The notes below the pieces were generated by a model that saw nothing but the letters and a program-made list of their open reading frames with translations, did no database searches and was not told the DNA's origin. This document shows, one piece after another, positions 1-11,017 of a stretch of 64,000 nucleotides of DNA (its first letter is position 1; each line of letters opens with the position of its first letter). A program made the position numbers and the translations under genes. Source of the stretch: Poseidonia sp. (GTDB lineage: Archaea; Thermoplasmatota; Poseidoniia; Poseidoniales; Poseidoniaceae); the NCBI GenBank assembly GCA_049412325.1, contig JBMSEL010000001.1, forward strand, positions 15,742-79,741, in the 5' to 3' direction.

Positions 1-2
1 AG

Positions 3-506
3 GCTGGGTTTTACATCGTTGAGGTCAAGGTCGTTGACACCTATGGTGAACAGGCTACGGCTTCCATGGACTTCGAATACACGCTGCTCGATACCGACAA
101 CGACTGGTCAACTTCGTGCTCATCAACGACTTGGTTTGACCCCAACACCGGAAAATCCTGCGGTCCGAACATCTACGATGAAGACGATGACAACGACGGC
201 TTCAGCGATGCAAAGGACGCGTTCCCGCTCGATCCATGTGCCCAAATTGACACCGATGGCGATACCCAACCCGATGACCTGGACTGTCCGGAAGGCTTCT
301 CCAGCTGGTTGACTGAGGACATGGACGATGACGGTGATGGAACACCTGACGTGTTGGAAGGGGTCGAAACTTCCGACGCGGATGTAAACCTCAACGCCCT
401 TTTGTTGGTGGCTGCCATCTTCGTGGTGGTTTTCCTGCTCTTCATTGCTCGACTGCGCCGAGGAGGCCCTGGCGACCTGACCTCCCTTGACCAGCGACAT
501 TTGTGA
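3..506 (+). CDS. C-terminal end of a large cell-surface protein whose 5' end lies upstream of the window; PKD-like strand, thrombospondin-type-3-like Asp-rich Ca-binding repeats, C-terminal TM anchor
   Basis: The frame is open from base 3 (AGFYIVEVKVVDTYGEQATAS, a PKD-type GxYxVxVxVxD strand). Repeats DEDDDNDGFSDAKDAFPLDP, DTDGDTQPDDLDCP and DMDDDGDGTPD follow. The hydrophobic LLLVAAIFVVVFLLFIA is followed by RLRR. Confidence 0.7.
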   Translation, partial: AGFYIVEVKVVDTYGEQATASMDFEYTLLDTDNDWSTSCSSTTWFDPNTGKSCGPNIYDEDDDNDGFSDAKDAFPLDPCAQIDTDGDTQPDDLDCPEGFSSWLTEDMDDDGDGTPDVLEGVETSDADVNLNALLLVAAIFVVVFLLFIARLRRGGPGDLTSLDQRHL

Positions 507-515
507 GGGAGGAAC

Positions 516-1070
516 ATGGTGGACCTCCCCTCGGCTGAGCATGTGGCCCTCGTGGCGGTGTGCGTGCTGGCCGGTATTGTCGCATGGGACGCATATTGGC
601 TAACAAAGCAACGGCGCGACGTCCCGGAACTTGGTTCGCTACCCGGCGGGGGCTTTGCGTGGTCGAGCGAGGGGGTTCACGAGATGATTCGACAGTGGGG
701 AAACCTCGGGTCCATGGCTGCCATGATGGTGCTTCCTTGGGCGCTTCTTGAGGCCAGCAACACCCCGCTCATCTACGCCATTCTTTGGGACGTGTTTCTC
801 GGGCTACACTTGATTTCACTGCTGGTTCCAAAACGCTACGCCATCACTTCCACGCATTTGTTTGCCGACGGACAGCGCTACCCGTGGGAGCGTCTTCGGC
901 TGGCCAAACGCCAACCAAAGCGGCGCATCATGCTCTTGCGCAATGGATGGGGGCCGTTCGGGCCGCTTCCGCTCGGCGGAGACCCTCCGTCGCTCGGTGT
1001 GGCCCGTGAATACATCAAGGCCATGGAGCAGGCTCGACAACCCCTCCCTTCTGAGAACGAAGCCGAATGA
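516..1070 (+). CDS. hypothetical membrane protein (about 3 TM helices plus a basic soluble C-terminal part)
   Basis: 184-aa ORF starting 10 nt after the upstream stop. Hydrophobic segments are VALVAVCVLAGIVAW, MAAMMVLPWALL and IYAILWDVFLGLHLISLLV. No family recognised. Confidence 0.5.
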   Translation: MVDLPSAEHVALVAVCVLAGIVAWDAYWLTKQRRDVPELGSLPGGGFAWSSEGVHEMIRQWGNLGSMAAMMVLPWALLEASNTPLIYAILWDVFLGLHLISLLVPKRYAITSTHLFADGQRYPWERLRLAKRQPKRRIMLLRNGWGPFGPLPLGGDPPSLGVAREYIKAMEQARQPLPSENEAE

Positions 1071-1107
1071 ACGGCAGCCTCTTGAGCCACCGTACCGACC
1101 CGTTGGC

Positions 1108-1536
1108 ATGGAGTGGACGCAGAGCGGCGATGACGTGTTCGTCAGGCTGGACCCCGGAGAAGAAATTCACGCTTCGTTGCAATCGCTGGCCGACACGATT
1201 GGCTTCAACGCAGCCGCCATCACCAGTGGCATCGGTCGGACCAGAAACAGCGTGTACGGCTACATGGACGACGACCACGTCTACCACCGTGTGACGCTGG
1301 AAGGCGGGACCGAACTCGTCACGTTGCAAGGCAACCTCGCACGTCGAGAAAACGGGGACGCGTTCACCCATCTCCATGCCACGTTCTCCGACGACGATTT
1401 GAAGCCCCACGCCGGCCACATGTTCTCCGCTGAGGTCCACGTGGTGGCCGAAATTCATCTTCGTATTCTGAGCCAAGCCGTGATGACACGATGCCCGCTC
1501 GAGAACAGTGAATTCGTCGCCCTTTCCTTCAAGTGA
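1108..1536 (+). CDS. PPC (DUF296) domain protein
   Basis: VFVRLDPGEEIHASLQSLA..ITSGIG..LVTLQGNL..HLHATFSD..GHM..AEVHVVAEI matches the PPC/DUF296 pattern. I trimmed the 224-aa ORF to ATG 1108 because its upstream part overlaps the preceding CDS. Confidence 0.6.
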   Translation: MEWTQSGDDVFVRLDPGEEIHASLQSLADTIGFNAAAITSGIGRTRNSVYGYMDDDHVYHRVTLEGGTELVTLQGNLARRENGDAFTHLHATFSDDDLKPHAGHMFSAEVHVVAEIHLRILSQAVMTRCPLENSEFVALSFK

Positions 1537-3813
<2,277 letters not shown>

Positions 3814-3820
3814 TCGAGGT

Positions 3821-4624
3821 TCAGCCGTACAGCATGGCGTTGGACGACGGACTGGGCTTTGTTGCACCACCGGCCGATTCCATCAGCGCTTGGAGTTGGG
3901 CTTCGAGCATCTCAGCTTCAGCTAGCAGCGGTTCTTGGGGCAGGTCGATGGCGGGCAGCAGCGTGTTGAGCTTCTCGATGAGAGCCGCAGCAGCACGAGC
4001 GTCCGGGAAACGAGGGTCGGCTTCAACCATGATGGACATGGTGCCCAGCCCGCGCCGGGTGGCTTCACTGAGGATGCCGGCGTTCATGCCGCGGATGACA
4101 CCGGTCTCGAGCAAGGGGATGTCCATTTCTTTGAGCATGGCTCGAACCGTTTCGTTGCAGCCGATGCCAACCACGTCAATTTCTTCGGTGTCCTCGTATT
4201 CCACGACGGGGTCAACGCCGTCCATCCCGCTCTTCATGCCACCTTTGGCGAAAGCGTCAACAACGACGCCGGCGAGAACTTGGTGTTCCTTTGACCACTC
4301 AAAGAGCGCCCAGACGATCTTGTGGACCAAGGATTCTGGAACGACCATCTCGCTCATCAGCAAGATGACTTGGTCGCATCCTTCGATGCTGCACTTGGGT
4401 TTCCCTGCATAGGCTCGGATGGGTGGCAGGGGAACGCCCTGGTTGATCATGGCGAGGGCCGGGAGCCGGTCGTCAACCAGCCCACCAACGAATTCCAAAT
4501 CAAGGTGGTCGATGAGGTAGTGGGCCACGATGCTGGAGACCATGCCGACGCTTGGGAAGCAGGCGATGACCATCGCATTCTCGTGTTCAATGGTGGTGTT
4601 GATTCGGAGACTGGGGGTATCCAT
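3821..4624 (-). CDS. PAC2-family proteasome assembly chaperone (PbaA/PbaB-like), C-terminal HbYX motif
   Basis: AMVIACFPSVGMVSSIVAHYLIDHL is the PAC2 N-terminal signature. The C-terminus is ..NAMLYG (Leu-Tyr-Gly = HbYX). I chose ATG 4624 (MDTPSLRINTT..) because the longest ORF start at 4684 would overlap the divergent gene start. Confidence 0.75.
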   Translation of the reverse strand: MDTPSLRINTTIEHENAMVIACFPSVGMVSSIVAHYLIDHLDLEFVGGLVDDRLPALAMINQGVPLPPIRAYAGKPKCSIEGCDQVILLMSEMVVPESLVHKIVWALFEWSKEHQVLAGVVVDAFAKGGMKSGMDGVDPVVEYEDTEEIDVVGIGCNETVRAMLKEMDIPLLETGVIRGMNAGILSEATRRGLGTMSIMVEADPRFPDARAAAALIEKLNTLLPAIDLPQEPLLAEAEMLEAQLQALMESAGGATKPSPSSNAMLYG

Positions 4625-4682
4625 GTGCGCCGGTGGGGCCGCGTGCCCTTCAACACTTTCCCCGTTCTGACACCAAACCTTC

Positions 4683-5894
4683 ATGATGAACGCCGCTCAC
4701 CTTTCCCCTATGGAGCAAAGTAACCCTCAACCTCGGAGGACACACCAACTTTCTCCATCAGCATGGAATCGATACGAGACCTGCCCCCGCATGTACTGGT
4801 TGAGCCGCCAGCGCCTCCCTCGAAAGGCCGGCATGGCTGCTTCCCTTGGAACGGCCGTCCACGCTTCCATCGAAGATTTGCTCAACATGGACCTTGAAGG
4901 CCGAGAGGGCGGTGAAACCGGTTGGCTGCCGTTGACCGCTGAGGGCTTCCTCAAAACGCGATGGGACGAAGAGAAGGAGGCCTTCATGGCGACCCCTCGA
5001 CGACCGGATTGGAAGGATGCGAAATGGAGCGAGGCCAAGAAGCAACAGAAGGGCGGCATTGTCCTGTTACTCGACCACATTGGGGCGAAGCACCTGGGTC
5101 ATGAGCAAGTAACCGTGGCCCTTTGGCGCCATTTGCAATCGTTGACCATCGCGGTCGAGGGTGAACTGGTGACCAGCGATAGCCGATTGATGGGGCGACT
5201 GGATTTGCTGTTCGCCGACGTGGACGACCAGGGGCAATTGGAAGGCTGGCTGGTCGCTGATTTGAAAACTGGAAACGCGCCGACAGAGGCACTGAAGCCC
5301 GAAGTCAACCGCCAACTTCGTATGTACCGAGACATTCTCCTCGCCAACAATCCCGCTGCACCACCGGTCCGGACCGAAGGCTGGTACACGAAAACTGCCA
5401 CCAAGTGGGCGGCCGAGGGCGAGAGCGTTCTCGAGCAAGCGTACGCAGCGTGGGAGGCCACCCAACCGACCACGATGCCGATGGACCCAACCCCGGGCCC
5501 CAACAGTTGCGGTGGATTTTGCGATTGGAAGGCGTGGTGCCCCCACTGGTGGACATGGCGTCAGTCTTCGGGTACCCTTCATCAAGGCGACTTCTGCGAT
5601 GCCGTGGTGCTCATCCATCGTTACGAGGCCACCTCCGGCGCAGCCGTGTTGGAACTCTGTGAGCCGCTGGACGAGTCTGGGCGCGCCATCCCCACCGGCC
5701 AACACGTCTCCGCTCGGTTTGACGGGCGAGGAAAGGACGTTCTCGATGCGTTGCGAGAGACCGGTCATCAGGGCCCGATGTTCCTTGGTTCGGTCATGAC
5801 GGGGCGCGGCACATGGCGTATCGGCCCGTGGTGCGATGTCCTCCCTTGGACGCCGTTGCCCGACGGCGTACCCTACGAGCGAGAGGAATCATGA
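4683..5894 (+). CDS. Cas4/RecB-like PD-(D/E)XK exonuclease with a 4-Cys (Fe-S type) signature and a C-terminal extension of about 110 aa
   Basis: N-terminal Cys in YETCPRMYWL; nuclease core GRLDLLFAD..WLVADLKTGN and QLRMYRDIL (QxxxY); C-terminal CGGFCDWKAWC. Start uncertain (ATG 4683/4686 or 4710). Confidence 0.75.
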   Translation: MMNAAHLSPMEQSNPQPRRTHQLSPSAWNRYETCPRMYWLSRQRLPRKAGMAASLGTAVHASIEDLLNMDLEGREGGETGWLPLTAEGFLKTRWDEEKEAFMATPRRPDWKDAKWSEAKKQQKGGIVLLLDHIGAKHLGHEQVTVALWRHLQSLTIAVEGELVTSDSRLMGRLDLLFADVDDQGQLEGWLVADLKTGNAPTEALKPEVNRQLRMYRDILLANNPAAPPVRTEGWYTKTATKWAAEGESVLEQAYAAWEATQPTTMPMDPTPGPNSCGGFCDWKAWCPHWWTWRQSSGTLHQGDFCDAVVLIHRYEATSGAAVLELCEPLDESGRAIPTGQHVSARFDGRGKDVLDALRETGHQGPMFLGSVMTGRGTWRIGPWCDVLPWTPLPDGVPYEREES

Positions 5895-6707
5895 GCGAAG
5901 ATGCGCTTTGATGCGCTCTTGAGTTTCGGCGCAATCGATGCCTTTCGGGGACAGCAACCAACCGATGTAGGACGGGTCGTTCGCTTCCACCTCCCGCAGG
6001 TAGCGTCCACGGTGGCGGCCAAAGGCGAGCACGAGCTCCTCACCGTCTTCTCTCACTTTGCCCATGCTGTCGACGGGGGGTAAATCATCCAGACCCCGTC
6101 CCAGTTCAGAAGCGTCCTTGGCGCTGTCGCCGTGCACGATCCATCGCTCAAGTTCAGGAATTGATTTTCGGAAAGAGTTTGCATGCTCCACGCTCAACCG
6201 CCAAAACAGCAACATGGTCGCCGCAGCATCAGCCCCCGCCGTGTGAGCTGCTTCCAAGCGAATACCGTGTCGCTGACACAAGGCACCGAGGTTATGCGGC
6301 CGAGGTAATCGAAGCCTGCGGACCAACTCGAGCGTGTCCATGATGGCTTTGGGTTGGGGGGCGAGTCGGCCCATGCGAAGAAATTCGGTCTTGAGCATGG
6401 CATAATCGAACTTGCGAACATTATGCCCCACCAAGATGGCGCCGTCGATGAGTTCGGCTAATTCATCAGCGACCTCGGAAAGCGGTGGTTGATCTCGAAC
6501 GTCTTCGTTGTAAATACCGTGGATGTTGCTGGCGTCGTAGGGGATACGAACCGGGGGCTTGACCAACTGTTCAACATTCACGGGGGTGCCATCACCAAGG
6601 GTGCCGATGAGGGCGTATTGGACGATGCGGTCGTTGTTGGTTGAGACACCGGTGGTTTCCAAATCAAAGGCCAAGACCTTCTCACCTTGGAAAAGGTCCT
6701 GTGCCAT
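5889..6707 (-). CDS. DnaQ/epsilon-type 3'-5' exonuclease with an extra C-terminal domain
   Basis: ExoI VLAFDLETTG, ExoII VGHNVRKFDYAML, ExoIII HTAGADAAAT (Hx4D). The C-terminal LAFGRHRGRYLREV..DPSYIGWLL resembles the small domain found on exonuclease X-like proteins. ATG 6707 preferred over 6749. Confidence 0.85.
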   Translation of the reverse strand: MAQDLFQGEKVLAFDLETTGVSTNNDRIVQYALIGTLGDGTPVNVEQLVKPPVRIPYDASNIHGIYNEDVRDQPPLSEVADELAELIDGAILVGHNVRKFDYAMLKTEFLRMGRLAPQPKAIMDTLELVRRLRLPRPHNLGALCQRHGIRLEAAHTAGADAAATMLLFWRLSVEHANSFRKSIPELERWIVHGDSAKDASELGRGLDDLPPVDSMGKVREDGEELVLAFGRHRGRYLREVEANDPSYIGWLLSPKGIDCAETQERIKAHLRS

Positions 6708-6773
6708 GAAGACCCATCGCAGGGCACCCCCTTTGAACATCACTCTCAAACGGCATGACCTGTTGCCTCCACC

Positions 6774-7151
6774 ATGGGGTTGCGAGATTGGTTCACCTCG
6801 TCCTCAAACAAGGCGAACTCGGAGGAAGAGGAGACGGAGGAGACGATGCCGAACCAGGACGAAGAAGCCTTTGCTGCGCTTCAGGATATGAAGACGGCAG
6901 AAGCACTTTCCTTGTTTGAGGAAGACGAGCCGCAAGAGGTCCCTGCCAATGTTCTGGAGGCGCCCTACGACGCCAGTGATGCCAGTGTAGATGATTTACT
7001 CGAAGAACGTGAAGAGAGCTTTACCCATCACGACGAAGTGTCCATCGCCGATGTTAACGAACTCGAGGATCCATACCTCGCCGCTCGAATTGAGGGTGAT
7101 GTGCCCGAAGCCGTTGTCTTTGAAGACGATGGAAATTCGCCCGTTGTTTAA
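6774..7151 (+). CDS. hypothetical, extremely acidic, probably disordered protein
   Basis: 125-aa ORF rich in E/D (SEEEETEE, FEEDEPQE, DDLLEEREE). No family recognised. Coding status rests only on ORF length and position. Confidence 0.4.
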   Translation: MGLRDWFTSSSNKANSEEEETEETMPNQDEEAFAALQDMKTAEALSLFEEDEPQEVPANVLEAPYDASDASVDDLLEEREESFTHHDEVSIADVNELEDPYLAARIEGDVPEAVVFEDDGNSPVV

Positions 7152-7197
7152 TCCACGCTCCCGAACCATTAGAAAGGACAAGCGTCGGCTTTTGGTC

Positions 7198-8385
7198 ATG
7201 GTGGGCCTGCGTTCCGAACGAGCAATGGCCTTCGTTATGGTCCACGTGATGCTTCTTGGCATGGCGGCCGGTTGCTTGGGGGCACTTGACACCACGGTTG
7301 ACCCGCGGGCAACGCTGGAGGCCTACCCCACGCTCATCCAAGAAGGAGAAATGGTCACCCTCGATGCTCGTGATTCTTCTCCAGTTGAAGGTGTGATCAC
7401 CAAATACGAATGGGACTTCGGCGATGGAACCACCGCTGAAACCGTGATCGGCTTCACATCGCACACCTACCTGGCCTACGGCCAATACACGATCCGCATT
7501 ACGGTCACCAACGACCAGGGTGGAACCGACGACGCCCTTGCCACCATCGTGGTCAACGGTGCACCCGTGGTCAACATCTCCATGCCAGCCACCGTGCGCG
7601 CAGGCGATGCTGCCCTCTTGGACGCCTCAGCATCCTATGATCCAGAGGGCGACCCACTGACCTTTGCTTGGGACTTAAACACCCTCGAGGACAGCGATGG
7701 CGATGGCGATTACAGCAACGATGCCGACGCTACCACCGAAACCGTCCTCCTCGATACTTCAATTTCCGGGCTCATTTACGGTTCTCTTCGAGTGGACGAC
7801 GGTGCCGGGGCATATGCTGTTGAATCGTTTGAGGTGAACGTCACCACCCGTACGTTCCAGGTCACCTGGATCACCGAGACCTACGAGGTGTCGTGGGATG
7901 AATACCTCGACCAGGGTGATTCGTGGTCTGGGAACATGACGCCAGGGGACATTGGACGCGTTCTCTCGTTCAACGCGATCCTTGAACTGGACCAAGACGT
8001 CGCTCCTCCACATGACAATTTTACCCTCGGGCTGAACATCGTGGAGGACAATTACAACCGCCGCGTCGCCACTGAACCAGGCAATTATTCAACCAACGAA
8101 CCCGCTCGCGCCGAAATGGCCGAGGATGGAATGAATGAGCGAGGCGAAGACGGCATGTACACCTCCGATTCGGCCGAGGCCTTGCTTCGGCTTCTCCTCA
8201 ATTCAAGGGACAGTGGAAACGGTCAAGGGACATGGGTCTGGACGGTCGTCGCTCAGCAATCCGACCCCGATGCTTTCATCGGTGAAATTGACCCTGACCC
8301 GGGCAACGACTGGACGCTCACCGTCGAGGTGATCGTCATGCGCCCATCGTTGACCGAGGTGGCGTTAGGAAACGCCAGCGAGTGA
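7198..8385 (+). CDS. secreted/lipid-anchored protein with two PKD domains
   Basis: N-terminal hydrophobic FVMVHVMLLGMAAGC (signal peptide, lipobox-like AAGC). PKD signature YEWDFGDGTTAE..HTYLAYGQYTIRITVTNDQGG, then a second degenerate PKD (DPEGDPLTFAWDL). The start was trimmed to ATG 7198 because the longer ORF overlaps the previous CDS. Confidence 0.75.
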   Translation: MVGLRSERAMAFVMVHVMLLGMAAGCLGALDTTVDPRATLEAYPTLIQEGEMVTLDARDSSPVEGVITKYEWDFGDGTTAETVIGFTSHTYLAYGQYTIRITVTNDQGGTDDALATIVVNGAPVVNISMPATVRAGDAALLDASASYDPEGDPLTFAWDLNTLEDSDGDGDYSNDADATTETVLLDTSISGLIYGSLRVDDGAGAYAVESFEVNVTTRTFQVTWITETYEVSWDEYLDQGDSWSGNMTPGDIGRVLSFNAILELDQDVAPPHDNFTLGLNIVEDNYNRRVATEPGNYSTNEPARAEMAEDGMNERGEDGMYTSDSAEALLRLLLNSRDSGNGQGTWVWTVVAQQSDPDAFIGEIDPDPGNDWTLTVEVIVMRPSLTEVALGNASE

Positions 8386-8423
8386 TAGCGAAAGGGGTAT
8401 GAAGCGGGGCCGTTTGGCAGGGA

Positions 8424-8786
8424 TTGGTTACGATGGTGGACACGGTAGAAATCGGGCGCGTTACCCTTCGAGACACGTTGTCGTTGGACCTCTCAGTGTG
8501 GATGAATCACCCAGACGATTGGGATTTCCGCCCTGTGTTGAGCTATGCCGGCTCCACGCTGACCATCACCTGTGCCAACCAGGGCACGGAATTGGCCACC
8601 GTTGACTTGGACGACGAGCAAGACGAGGCACTTCAGCGAGACCGCGTGGCAGAACTCCGCGTCAAGTTCCAAGTTCACGGCATGCACGGGCGCCTCAACG
8701 ACATTCACCCCATCATCGCTGACGGTAAGGCGAAAAAACTCGCCACGGCGAACTGGAAAACGACCCAGCCGGTCCGATTCAACTGA
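8424..8786 (+). CDS. hypothetical protein
   Basis: 120-aa ORF with no recognisable motif. It fits the gap between neighbouring genes. Confidence 0.4.
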   Translation: MVTMVDTVEIGRVTLRDTLSLDLSVWMNHPDDWDFRPVLSYAGSTLTITCANQGTELATVDLDDEQDEALQRDRVAELRVKFQVHGMHGRLNDIHPIIADGKAKKLATANWKTTQPVRFN

Positions 8787-8832
8787 ACCCCCAACGAATC
8801 TTTGATAACGGTTCAAGCCGATTTGTCGGTTC

Positions 8833-9111
8833 ATGTCTCATGGACAAGGAAAGGGGAGTCAAAAACGAGCACGATTCGAACGATTGGTCAGCGAGGTTCG
8901 CAAGTTTGTTTGCGCCAACCCAGGTTGCTCCGCCCAAGCCATCGTGGCCAATTTGAATCACGATCAAAAGATGCGAAATCACGGACTAACTCCACGAAAA
9001 GTCGGGTTCTTCATCACGCGAAATCTTCGCGACTCACTGACATGGTGGCAAGATCATCGAGCAGGGCGCCGGGTGTACGGCCCTTCCCATGACAAGGGTC
9101 ACGATTTGTGA
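8833..9111 (+). CDS. small basic protein, possible winged-helix DNA binder
   Basis: 92-aa ORF. RFERLVSEVRKFVCANPGCSAQAIVANL..GLTPRKVGFFI looks like helix-turn-helix plus wing. GC looks lower than in neighbours, by eye. Confidence 0.4.
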   Translation: MSHGQGKGSQKRARFERLVSEVRKFVCANPGCSAQAIVANLNHDQKMRNHGLTPRKVGFFITRNLRDSLTWWQDHRAGRRVYGPSHDKGHDL

Positions 9112-9167
9112 ACCTCGCTCAACCACCGAGCGGTTCGCTCATGTAGGTTCGGTTCGGTCGCTCCCTC

Positions 9168-9833
9168 ATGGGGAGCAGCGTCGCGGCGTACTTCGACCTC
9201 GATGGCACCCTGCTCAACGCTTCGAGCGAGAAGACGTTGACCGCCCATCTTGCTCGACGACGCCCTTGGCGAATTCCGTGGGGAACGGTAGCATGGACCG
9301 CCGGCTTCCTCTCGAACCTTCTTCGAGGTCGGGCCGTCTACGATGCGGCTCGAAACAGAGGGCACCTCTCCCTGGCTTCGTGGGACGTGCTTGAACGCTA
9401 TTCTGCGCATCTCGCTCAGGAACGGCTCAGGGCCTGCATTCCCCCACAGGCATGGGAGAAACTTGCATGGCATCGGGAACAGGGCCACCGCCTCGTGCTC
9501 GTCACCGCCACGGTCGCGCCCATGGCTGAAGCCATGGCCGATGTCTTGGGCATGGATGCCGTCTACGGCTGCGGACCTGCCGAGCGGAAGGGCATCCTCT
9601 CTGGGTCTGAACGAGGATGGAGCGTTCCTCGGCGCAAGGGGAAGGTCCCCGTCGTGCAAGCCGACGCAGCCACCAACGGCCACGACCTTTCGCAATGCTA
9701 TGGCTACGGAAACACCCTTGCGGACTCCTGGTTCATGTCGCTGTGTGGTCACGCCATCGCTGTCAGTCCCGAAGCCCCACTTCGACGCCATGCCGAGGAG
9801 AAAGGTTGGGATATCGTGGACTGGCGTTCCTAA
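9168..9833 (+). CDS. HAD-superfamily hydrolase, subfamily IB (SerB-like fold)
   Basis: Motif I AAYFDLDGTLL; later LVLVTAT (motif II region) and GYGNTLADSWF (motif IV-like). The antisense 230-aa ORF has no motifs. Confidence 0.75.
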   Translation: MGSSVAAYFDLDGTLLNASSEKTLTAHLARRRPWRIPWGTVAWTAGFLSNLLRGRAVYDAARNRGHLSLASWDVLERYSAHLAQERLRACIPPQAWEKLAWHREQGHRLVLVTATVAPMAEAMADVLGMDAVYGCGPAERKGILSGSERGWSVPRRKGKVPVVQADAATNGHDLSQCYGYGNTLADSWFMSLCGHAIAVSPEAPLRRHAEEKGWDIVDWRS

Positions 9834-9854
9834 GTTTAAGTAGGCTCAAAGCCC

Positions 9855-10841
9855 ATGGCTCTCATGGAAGATTTTCATTTGGGGATGCTGTTCGGGGATG
9901 AGATGAAAGAAGGCACGCTGCAGGAAATCCTCCGCAGGGATATGTACGATAACATGCTCAATGTCGCTCGGTCAGCGCGCCGAGCCGCTCATCTTGTGAT
10001 GGACATCATCGAAGAAAACGAAGGCCGTATTCAACTTGAGAATGCCAAGAGCCTCCTCATCATTGGCCGTCTTGCCATCTACCGTGTCGACATTGGTTCC
10101 TTTATGGCCAAGTTTGTCAACCCCTTTGACTACAACTCCTTTGATGTGGTCGAGGTCCATCCCAAGGGCGGCCTCGTCAAAGAGCCAAAGACAGCTTGCG
10201 TTCAGGTTCAGCCGCAAAAGGACATGCCTGCATACGACTTGTTGGCTGGCTACATTCTCGGCCTTCTGAACGACGAAGTCACCTGGCTTCAACCAAACTT
10301 GAGTCCGTTGCGAAATACCCTGTTCCAAATTTACGGTTTGGCTCGCTCCCCGCTGACAGAAAGCCTAGAGGGCCATTTCGCCGACAAGGTTGAGGGTGAA
10401 TTCGATTACAGCAACGACACGTTCACCTTCGAGGGAACCAACGGTTGGTCGTGGCGCCTTCACTTCGGTCAACCGCTGACGGAAGGCTACAAACTCGAGT
10501 ATCAGAAACCTCGACAAACGTGGTGGAACACCCTGTTTGAAGACCATGAGAAGGACTCCACAGGCCACTACACCCTCTCAAATTTCTTTGACATGGTCGA
10601 GCATCTCTCAGCCTGCCCAGGGCGCCTCAAGACGGCCACGGATTGGAACACGGACCCAATTTTCCTTCGAAAGGTGGCCAGCGATTACCCGCCGGTGGCG
10701 AAGGCGATGGCGGGTCGTCTGACGGATGACGACTACAGCGCGGATGAGATTTACTCGTTCTATGATGAGCCCATTTCCGAAGACCAGGCCGAGACAGTTC
10801 GTCACCTCGACCAGTTGATTTTGCAACGAGCTTCCGCATGA
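9855..10841 (+). CDS. hypothetical protein (328 aa)
   Basis: Long ORF with no family recognised. It lies immediately 3' of the tRNA-Arg gene end, and GC looks lower than the window average, by eye. Confidence 0.5.
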   Translation: MALMEDFHLGMLFGDEMKEGTLQEILRRDMYDNMLNVARSARRAAHLVMDIIEENEGRIQLENAKSLLIIGRLAIYRVDIGSFMAKFVNPFDYNSFDVVEVHPKGGLVKEPKTACVQVQPQKDMPAYDLLAGYILGLLNDEVTWLQPNLSPLRNTLFQIYGLARSPLTESLEGHFADKVEGEFDYSNDTFTFEGTNGWSWRLHFGQPLTEGYKLEYQKPRQTWWNTLFEDHEKDSTGHYTLSNFFDMVEHLSACPGRLKTATDWNTDPIFLRKVASDYPPVAKAMAGRLTDDDYSADEIYSFYDEPISEDQAETVRHLDQLILQRASA

Positions 10842-10921
10842 GAAAGGGAAAGGGTCACTCCACCGCAATCTAAATTCCAAACGGAATGAGGAGGCGTGGG
10901 CTTACAGGTAAGCGGTTTGAG

Positions 10922-10995
10922 CGGCCCCACCGCGATTCGAACACGGGTTCGAGGCTCCGCAAGCCTCTGTGATATCCAAGCTACACTATAGGGCC
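10922..10995 (-). tRNA. tRNA-Arg (anticodon GCG), no intron, CCA not encoded
   Basis: I folded it by hand. Acceptor GGCCCUA/UGGGGCC; D arm GUG..CAC; anticodon stem GAGGC/GCCUC with loop UUGCGGA; 4-nt variable loop; T arm CCGUG-UUCGAAU-CGCGG; discriminator G. Confidence 0.9.
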
Positions 10996-11017
10996 ACTCC
11001 GGCCCACCGGCCACCCC

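Noticed and set aside
862-1107. N-terminal 82 codons of the 224-aa ORF 862..1536
   Set aside because: This part overlaps the preceding membrane-protein CDS in another frame and is Arg/Ser/Pro-rich. The PPC domain begins right at ATG 1108.
4683-5894. The Cas4-like gene as a marker of a CRISPR-Cas locus
   Set aside because: No direct-repeat array, cas1, cas2 or effector genes are visible anywhere in the 64 kb. It is better read as a stand-alone RecB/Cas4-family repair nuclease.
10858-10882. Partial repeat of the tRNA-Arg 3' end as an att site
   Set aside because: Only about 10 of 12 nt match, it lies just 60 nt from the tRNA, and no integrase is present. I kept it only as a weak supporting note in the island finding.
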